DNA from: an uncultured Gammaproteobacteria bacterium
GTDB lineage: Bacteria; Patescibacteriota; Microgenomatia; UBA12405
Length of the DNA stretch: 64,000 nucleotides
NCBI GenBank assembly: GCA_964549165.1
Contig: CAZJUH010000002.1
Span: 1,896 to 65,895 of the forward strand
Reading direction: 5' to 3'
In this document: positions 57,982 through 64,000 of the stretch, in pieces
Numbering within the stretch: the stretch's first letter is position 1
Layout: each line of letters opens with the position of its first letter
The notes under the pieces: generated by a model
The model's input: the letters and a program-made list of their open reading frames with translations, nothing else
Told to the model about the DNA's origin: nothing
Databases searched by the model: none
Translations under genes and position numbers: made by a program

Positions 57982-58629
57982 TTACTGCTTAAGATCTGAT
58001 ACTTCTTTGGGGGTTAAATGTCTTGATTCCCCGGGAGTTAAATCTCCGATTTTCAAATTTCCAATTCTAATTCTTTTTAACCTCTTGACTCTTAGTCCGG
58101 CCTCCCAGCACATTTCTCTGATTTGTCTTTTTTTACCTTCAAACATAATTATATTTATTTTATTTTTTTCGATTCTCGCAATTTTATTAATGCCAAGTTT
58201 AATTTTATTATTTTTTATTTCTCTGTCGAGGACTACTTCATATTCTTTTTCTAAGTGAAATTTTGGATGTGTCAATTTTAAAGCCAGATCACCATCATTA
58301 GTTAGCAGCGTTAAACCTTCTGAGTCTTTATCGAGTCTTCCTACTGGATACAATCTATTTTTACTTTTTATAAGATCAATTACTTTTTGTCGTCCTCTTT
58401 CATCACTTACTGTTGATACTATTCCGACCGGTTTATAAAGCATAATATATTCCTTATTCTCGCGGGATATTATCTCAAGACCGTCAAGTGATATTTTTTC
58501 TTTTCCCTGTATTTTGTCACCCAAATTAGCTATAGTTTCGTTAATTTTAATCCTTCCCTCTTCAATTAATTTATCCGATCCTCTTCGAGAAGCGATTCCC
58601 GCCTCGGCCAAAAATTTATTTAAACGCAT
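57982..58629 (-). CDS. rRNA pseudouridine synthase (RsuA/RluB family)
   Basis: S4 domain RLNKFLA, YPVGRLDKDSEGL. Confidence 0.93.
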   Translation of the reverse strand: MRLNKFLAEAGIASRRGSDKLIEEGRIKINETIANLGDKIQGKEKISLDGLEIISRENKEYIMLYKPVGIVSTVSDERGRQKVIDLIKSKNRLYPVGRLDKDSEGLTLLTNDGDLALKLTHPKFHLEKEYEVVLDREIKNNKIKLGINKIARIEKNKINIIMFEGKKRQIREMCWEAGLRVKRLKRIRIGNLKIGDLTPGESRHLTPKEVSDLKQ

Positions 58630-58649
58630 AGCATAGTATAATGAATTTT

Positions 58650-59525
58650 ATGTCGGATAAATACACCGCTCTTTGGGTTTCCCATTCTTCTATTTCCACT
58701 TTTCTCGAATGTCCTCGGGCTTACTATCTCAAAAATATCTATAAAGACTCCAAAAGTGGCCACAAAATTAAACTGATGTCGCCTCCTTTGGCTCTTGGTC
58801 AAGCTGTTCACGAAGTTATCGAATCTCTTTCGGAAATCAAAACTGATCTCCGTTTTAAAGAGCCCCTTCTTGATAAATTTGAAAATTCATGGAAAAAAAT
58901 CTCTGGAGAAAAGGGGGGATTCTTTGATAAAAATATTGAATATGACTATAAAAAAAGAGGCGAGGCTATGATCCGCCGAGTTGTCAATAATCCTGGTCCA
59001 CTTGGGGAATTGGCAATTAAAATAAACATGGATCTACCCTACTATTGGCTCTCTGAGGAGGACAATATTATTCTTTGTGGCAAAATTGACTGGCTCAAAT
59101 ATTATCCTGATAGTGATAGTGTCGAAATTATCGATTTCAAAACCTCTCGTCACGAAGAAGGGGAAGATTCTCTACAACTGCCTATTTACCATCTTCTCGT
59201 AAAAAATTGTCAAAATCGTGAGGTTACTGCCGCTTCTTATTGGTATCTTGATAGTAGCGACGAGTTGACTCCAAAAAAATTATCTGATGTAAAAGAGGCC
59301 CAGGAAAAAATTCTAAAAATTGCCAAGAGAATCAAATTACAAAAATCGCTTAGTAAATTTGATTGCCCCAGTGGCAAAACCGGTTGCCGTGCTTGTCGTC
59401 CTTATGAATCAATTCTCAAAGGCGAAGCCAAATTTGTTGGACTTGATGATTTTAAAGCTGATGTTTATGTCTTGGATAAAGATACAACGGGTTCGGATAA
59501 GGAAGGCGGGAGCAAAATACTTTAA
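58650..59525 (+). CDS. PD-(D/E)XK nuclease (AddB/Cas4-like, probable Fe-S)
   Basis: SHSSI..FLECP, GKID, IIDFKT, QL.IY, C-terminal C..C..C. Confidence 0.85.
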   Translation: MSDKYTALWVSHSSISTFLECPRAYYLKNIYKDSKSGHKIKLMSPPLALGQAVHEVIESLSEIKTDLRFKEPLLDKFENSWKKISGEKGGFFDKNIEYDYKKRGEAMIRRVVNNPGPLGELAIKINMDLPYYWLSEEDNIILCGKIDWLKYYPDSDSVEIIDFKTSRHEEGEDSLQLPIYHLLVKNCQNREVTAASYWYLDSSDELTPKKLSDVKEAQEKILKIAKRIKLQKSLSKFDCPSGKTGCRACRPYESILKGEAKFVGLDDFKADVYVLDKDTTGSDKEGGSKIL

Positions 59526-60127
59526 AATAAACCCACTTGCGGCACCATTTCGACCTTGGGATAGGAAAAATTAACCTTAAAGCCTCTTTGGGTATTCCAT
59601 TTATCAATATATTTTAATTTTTTATTTTTCAAACCAAAATCATAAACTTCTTTGGTAACAACCACATCCATTTCGCAGTATTTTTTTAATTTAGCCAAAG
59701 ATTCTTTGGTGTGTTCTTGCCAGTAATAAACCGCGTTTAAGCCATTATCAATTTTGCCATGACCCAGTGTTTCAGCGGCAATTGAATTAAGGCTTAATCT
59801 AAACCCTATCGCATTTTTAATATGGTCCATAATATCAAAATGATTTATTTTTTTAAAATCATAGGGAGCTAGGGGAGCTAGCGCCGGGACGTCAAAATGA
59901 AGAGAATTAAAGCCGATAATTCGGTCTACATTTGAAAATAAAACCCACATTTTGTCAAAATCCTGCTCAAAAAAGCTTTCTATTTTTCCCTCTATTTCAT
60001 CAAAATTATCATCCAGTTTTCTTTTGTAAATTGAAACAATTGAAATTCCCAAATCAGCCGGATTATATCCCTCGATATCATCAAAAATTTTTTTAGTCTC
60101 AATATCAAAAATTACTTCACTTACCAT
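59522..60127 (-). CDS. RNase H-like 3'-5' exonuclease (YprB-like)
   Basis: FDIET, GFNS..FD, YC..DV. Confidence 0.8.
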   Translation of the reverse strand: MVSEVIFDIETKKIFDDIEGYNPADLGISIVSIYKRKLDDNFDEIEGKIESFFEQDFDKMWVLFSNVDRIIGFNSLHFDVPALAPLAPYDFKKINHFDIMDHIKNAIGFRLSLNSIAAETLGHGKIDNGLNAVYYWQEHTKESLAKLKKYCEMDVVVTKEVYDFGLKNKKLKYIDKWNTQRGFKVNFSYPKVEMVPQVGLF

Positions 60128-60212
60128 TGAATTAATAGAATATCACTTTTATTCTACATTGCCAAAGCCATAAATTAGGCATTTTTTTCTATATTTGATA
60201 TATTAGTAAGCT

Positions 60213-61058
60213 ATGCCCAGTTCCTTATATTCAACTTTTGGCTTTCGCCAAATTCTCCGGCCCATTAATCGAGATTTAAAACACCATTATCTTTCTTCTA
60301 CTTTAAGAGCCATTGTTGAAAAAGTTTCTCGCAATTTTACGATAAATCTTTCTTCGAAAACACAAGAAGCCCTAAAAAATGATCCGGTCCTTTTGATTTG
60401 TAATCATCCTGCCCAGGCTGATGTTTTACTTCTCCTGGCCGCTCTCCCCCCAAGACCCAAAACATATTTAGTGGTTATGCATGGTTTATGGTCGATTTTA
60501 CCAGCTATTAATAAATATCTCATTCCTGTTTATATTAATCACCGGGTTGAAGACTATCGTCATCCTGATTGGAAATTAAAACTTTTTAAAAAATTTCACT
60601 ATATTCCTGAGTATTCAAAAGAAGTGGCTCATCAAAAAAATATTAAAAGTATTAGCCTAGCAACTACTAAAATTGACGAAGGTTCTCTTGTTGGCATTTT
60701 TCCTACTGGCGGTTCTGAAAACGGTCGTGATTTTTTGCCAGGGGTTGGATACATTGTCAAAAATTTGAAATATCCGCAGAAAACCAAAATTATTATGGCT
60801 CATGTGAGTGGCACTTCAAGCTGGGATTTTATCCGTATTCTCCCTTTTATCGGCAAAATTATGCCTAAATTTAAAATCGAATTTTCCGATCCTCTGTCCG
60901 CCGATAATTTTAGTGGAGACAATGGTCGCTTTATTTCTTTAAAGCTTCAAAATGTTTACGATCGCTGGTCTCTGCCATTTTATCTCTTACCTAAATTTCA
61001 AAAGGCCGCCTATTATCTCCGTTCCCTTCTTTTCTTTTTTCTTTTCCGAGGTCAATAG
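60213..61058 (+). CDS. PlsC-like acyltransferase
   Basis: NHPAQAD (NHxxxxD), IFP.G. Confidence 0.75.
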   Translation: MPSSLYSTFGFRQILRPINRDLKHHYLSSTLRAIVEKVSRNFTINLSSKTQEALKNDPVLLICNHPAQADVLLLLAALPPRPKTYLVVMHGLWSILPAINKYLIPVYINHRVEDYRHPDWKLKLFKKFHYIPEYSKEVAHQKNIKSISLATTKIDEGSLVGIFPTGGSENGRDFLPGVGYIVKNLKYPQKTKIIMAHVSGTSSWDFIRILPFIGKIMPKFKIEFSDPLSADNFSGDNGRFISLKLQNVYDRWSLPFYLLPKFQKAAYYLRSLLFFFLFRGQ

Positions 61059-61132
61059 AAAAATCGTGTTAGAATACGATGACATTGACTAAACTATAGC
61101 GGGCTTAATTTGTAGTATCTTAAGCGGGCATG

Positions 61133-61158
61133 CCCGCCGTAGCTTTAGCATAGGCGGG
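61133..61158. repeat. Hairpin element overlapping tRNA 5' end
   Basis: cccgccgtagctttagcataggcggg. Confidence 0.65.
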
Positions 61159-61228
61159 GATTGGCGCAATTGGCTAGCGCGCACGCATGGGGTGCGTGAG
61201 GTTGCAGGTTCGAATCCTGTATTCCCGA
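61155..61228 (+). tRNA. tRNA-Pro (GGG), CCA not encoded
   Basis: Acceptor CGGGGAT/ATTCCCG, anticodon arm cacgc-atGGGgt-gcgtg, T arm gcagg-ttcgaat-cctgt. Confidence 0.95.
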
Positions 61229-61300
61229 CCCGCTCAAAGCTTCGCATTGAAGCGGGTCAGCCATAATGTGCAAAGCACTTTAGGCTGACTTAATTTAAAT

Positions 61301-61855
61301 ATGTCTCATCTTCCGTGGAAAACTCTATCATCAAAAATTGTCTATCAAAATCCGTGGATAAAAATCCACGAGGATAAAGTTATTCGGCCAGATGGCAAAG
61401 AAGGACTCTATGCTTTTTTAAGTAAGCCAGCCGCCGTTTTTATTTTAGCCAAAGACAAAGACGGTTTTTTCTATTTTATTCGTCAGTACCGCTATCCTCT
61501 CAAAAAATATATTTATGAACTTCCCGCCGGAGTTGTTGATGACCATCGCTACTTAACTAATGCCAAAAGAGAACTCAAAGAAGAAACCGGTCTTAGTGCC
61601 AAAAAATGGGTATCTCTTGGCAAATTTTATGTTGCCCCTGGACACGAAAATGTGGCGGTTCACTCCTTTTTGGCGCTAACTGTTGATGAACATTTACTTA
61701 GCCAAAAAAACCAAGAAGGCGATGAATCAATTCAAAAAATTATAAAATTATCGACAACTCAGGTAAAAAAATATATTAATTCCGGTAAAATCGAATGCGG
61801 TATTACTTTGGCCACCTGGAATCTGTATCTTAATTCTAAGTTTTACGCAAAGTAA
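61301..61855 (+). CDS. NUDIX hydrolase (ADP-ribose pyrophosphatase-like)
   Basis: QYRYP, ELPAG, AKRELKEETG. Confidence 0.92.
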   Translation: MSHLPWKTLSSKIVYQNPWIKIHEDKVIRPDGKEGLYAFLSKPAAVFILAKDKDGFFYFIRQYRYPLKKYIYELPAGVVDDHRYLTNAKRELKEETGLSAKKWVSLGKFYVAPGHENVAVHSFLALTVDEHLLSQKNQEGDESIQKIIKLSTTQVKKYINSGKIECGITLATWNLYLNSKFYAK

Positions 61856-63308
61856 ATTCAATCTTTTCTCCAATTTCAGGCAAAACTACTCGAGCTGGAT
61901 ACCCCCTCTCTTTAAAGGCCTCGGCCATTTTTGTTCTATTGTTATTGTTCCCATGGATAATACCAATTATTTCCAGTTCGTTTAAATTAAACCTATTGAT
62001 ATACTTAAAAGTGTCACTCTCGCCACTAATATGTCCGGTAAAAACATCTAAATGTTCAACTTTTGCGCCTCTAGTGCCATTTTTGTTAATGAGGTAGCCC
62101 TGGTCAGTCAATTTTCGCCCTTCGGTCCCCTCGACCTGATAACAGGTCAAAATAATGCCGTTTTTAGGATTTGTGCCAAAATTTTTATCAATATAATTTC
62201 TGACTCGACCATGACCGAGCATACCTCCACTCGTAATTACAATTGAATTCTGATTATTGGCTATCAAAGAGCGAGATATTTCTACCGATTCTCTATTGCT
62301 GGCAACTAGCTGACAATTATTTAATTCAAAACGCTTTTTACTGCTTAATAAATTTTTATAAAACTCAGGATCGTTACCAAATCTGCTCGTCATAAACAAA
62401 TCTGAATCTGCCACATAGGTCTCTTCAAATTTAGAAGCTAGAGGGGCATCTTTGTAAATTTTTGTATTTTGAGGAATATCCCCCTTTTCTTGGGCGTAGC
62501 GAATTATTTCTACTATTTCCTGGTTTCTTTGCATTGATATCGCCGGGATAGCGACTGATCCACCATCTCTTAAAATTTTATTTATTGAGCCAAGAAACTG
62601 TTCATACTTTTCATCAAAATTAACTGACTCTCTATCAAAATTAGTTGACTCTATCCAGAGGGCTTTTATTGGCAAATCTTTTGGATAGTCTCTTTCTTTT
62701 GTTTCTCCCCAGCCCCCACAAATCGCCTGAACTTCTTTGCCAATATCACCTGAAAACAAGATCCCCCCCGAAAGTCCCTCTTTTTCCATAATTATTGAAG
62801 CTGAGCCGGGGATGTGTCCGTTGTAGGTCCAGAGTGCCGACAATTTGTCGTGTTTATTGCCAATTCTTATTTGTCGACCCATTCTGACGGTATTGACATA
62901 TCCAAGTACCATATCTATGTCCTCGCAGGTATAAAGATTATCTTGATCTTTTTGAATTTTCGCCGAATCTTTAAGAATTATTTCCATTAGTTCCCTGGTC
63001 ATTTCCGTTGTTAAAGTTCTCGGGGTAGAGCTTTTTTTATAAAAAAGTGGCAGCCTAGCTACATGATCAGCATGAGCGTGAGTTAATAAAATATCGGTGA
63101 TATTTTTTGTATTGCCAAGATCCTCGGCGTTTCGGCTTTTTCCGTCAGGCAAAAAAGCATCGTACTTTCCTTGAAAAATACCAGCGTCAATCACAATTGT
63201 ACTTTCTCCGTGCCTTAGTTTATGGAGTGATCCGGTCACAATTCCTCCCGCCGCTCCATGCGACTCGATGCTGAATTTCTCTTCGAAACATTCAGCTGAT
63301 TTACTCAT
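61836..63308 (-). CDS. MBL-fold beta-CASP ribonuclease
   Basis: VTGS, THAHADH, GHIPGS, FSGDIG; start set at ATG 63308. Confidence 0.88.
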   Translation of the reverse strand: MSKSAECFEEKFSIESHGAAGGIVTGSLHKLRHGESTIVIDAGIFQGKYDAFLPDGKSRNAEDLGNTKNITDILLTHAHADHVARLPLFYKKSSTPRTLTTEMTRELMEIILKDSAKIQKDQDNLYTCEDIDMVLGYVNTVRMGRQIRIGNKHDKLSALWTYNGHIPGSASIIMEKEGLSGGILFSGDIGKEVQAICGGWGETKERDYPKDLPIKALWIESTNFDRESVNFDEKYEQFLGSINKILRDGGSVAIPAISMQRNQEIVEIIRYAQEKGDIPQNTKIYKDAPLASKFEETYVADSDLFMTSRFGNDPEFYKNLLSSKKRFELNNCQLVASNRESVEISRSLIANNQNSIVITSGGMLGHGRVRNYIDKNFGTNPKNGIILTCYQVEGTEGRKLTDQGYLINKNGTRGAKVEHLDVFTGHISGESDTFKYINRFNLNELEIIGIIHGNNNNRTKMAEAFKERGYPARVVLPEIGEKIEFTLRKT

Positions 63309-63446
63309 GCCTTGTTTATTTTCCCCATAATTATATCTAAACGTCAATATATTCTATTGTCACAACTTCGTCAACGAGATGTTTCTTCGCCTTTTCTTCG
63401 GTTTTGCCCCTTGACTTGATACTGTCACGCCTGTTATTACTTAACT

Positions 63447-64000
63447 ATGAAAAATAAAAAAGTAAAATCTGTAATTTCTCATACCAATTCTTCCCTTCAA
63501 GATAAAAAAGGCGAAGCCGTACGTCTGGCTATGGAGCAAATTACCAAAGCCTATGGTGAGGGTGCCATTATGAAGATGGGTGAACGCACTGATATGGATA
63601 TTGAAGTTATTCCTACTGGCTGTTTACCTCTCGATATTGCCTTAGGTGTGGGTGGTTTACCTCGTGGTCGAGTCACGGAAATTTTTGGTCCAGAAGCCTC
63701 AGGTAAGACTACGCTTTCTCTTCATGTCATTGCCGAGGCTCAAAAAATGGGGGGTACGGCTGCTTTTATTGATGCCGAGCACGCTCTCGAGCCAGTCCGC
63801 GCCGCCACTGTCGGTGTTGATCTTAATAATCTCTTAATTTCTCAGCCAGACAATGGTGAACAAGCTTTAGAAATTGTTGAGACTTTGGTTAGATCAAATG
63901 CCGTTGATGTTATCGTCGTTGATTCTGTGGCCGCTCTGGTTCCCAAGGCCGAAATTGAAGGTGAGATGGGGGATTCTATGATGGGGGTTCAGGCCCGGCT
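63447..64000 (+). CDS. recA: Recombinase A, 5' part (runs off window; absent from ORF track)
   Basis: Manual translation: [28 protein letters not shown]...FIDAEHA...[20 protein letters not shown]. Confidence 0.98.
   Translation, partial: MKNKKVKSVISHTNSSLQDKKGEAVRLAMEQITKAYGEGAIMKMGERTDMDIEVIPTGCLPLDIALGVGGLPRGRVTEIFGPEASGKTTLSLHVIAEAQKMGGTAAFIDAEHALEPVRAATVGVDLNNLLISQPDNGEQALEIVETLVRSNAVDVIVVDSVAALVPKAEIEGEMGDSMMGVQAR

Noticed and set aside
58650-59525. Cas4 as part of a CRISPR-Cas system
   Set aside because: Stand-alone PD-(D/E)XK nuclease with no cas1/cas2 or array nearby.
1375-63837. Many short overlapping or antisense ORFs in the track (e.g. 28106-28618, 16338-16754, 43023-43520, 63646-63837)
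   Set aside because: They are shadows of well-supported genes and show no motifs.
1-64000. CRISPR array
   Set aside because: Repeats are dispersed or short tandem heptamers; there is no regular repeat-spacer series and no cas operon.
1-64000. Alternative genetic code (UGA read-through as in Gracilibacteria/Absconditabacteria)
   Set aside because: Long genes are intact under code 11 with no in-frame TGA interruptions.

Overview
Core-genome window of a low-GC, very compact bacterium. Gene content and signatures point to Patescibacteria/CPR, probably Microgenomates: no rpmD between rpsE and rplO, C-terminally truncated AlaRS, archaeal-type ProRS, a sortase, and few Shine-Dalgarno sites. The taxon is an inference. 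The window carries rnj (3' end), proS, ftsK, alaS, sortase, ruvX, mltG, miaB, rpoBC, a str operon split by an rml (dTDP-rhamnose) block, the S10-spc-alpha-L13/S9 ribosomal cluster, a heterodimeric ABC exporter, uppP, a 2-oxoacid:ferredoxin oxidoreductase, a DEAD helicase, DNA-repair genes, tRNA-Pro(GGG) and the 5' part of recA. The most striking signal is a set of short palindromic or tandem DNA elements sitting in frame inside genes, including housekeeping genes. (1) A 30-bp (TCCGCC-NNN-GGCGGA)x2 element encodes [10 protein letters not shown] in rpsK, rplQ, korB and, degenerate, a YtxH-like gene. (2) A 93-bp GTAG-type REP doublet adds 31 aa to AlaRS. (3) CGCCG-AAGC..GC-GAAGGCG-like hairpins lie in miaB, a surface-protein gene and an oxidoreductase gene, and next to the tRNA. 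(4) Heptamer arrays occur both in genes and between them. A DUF559-like endonuclease gene flanked by structured inverted repeats is inserted at the secY-adk junction and is a candidate autonomous element. Other notable points are pervasive leaderless-type promoters, a non-canonical EF-Tu switch I, and unusual uS12 decoding-loop substitutions.
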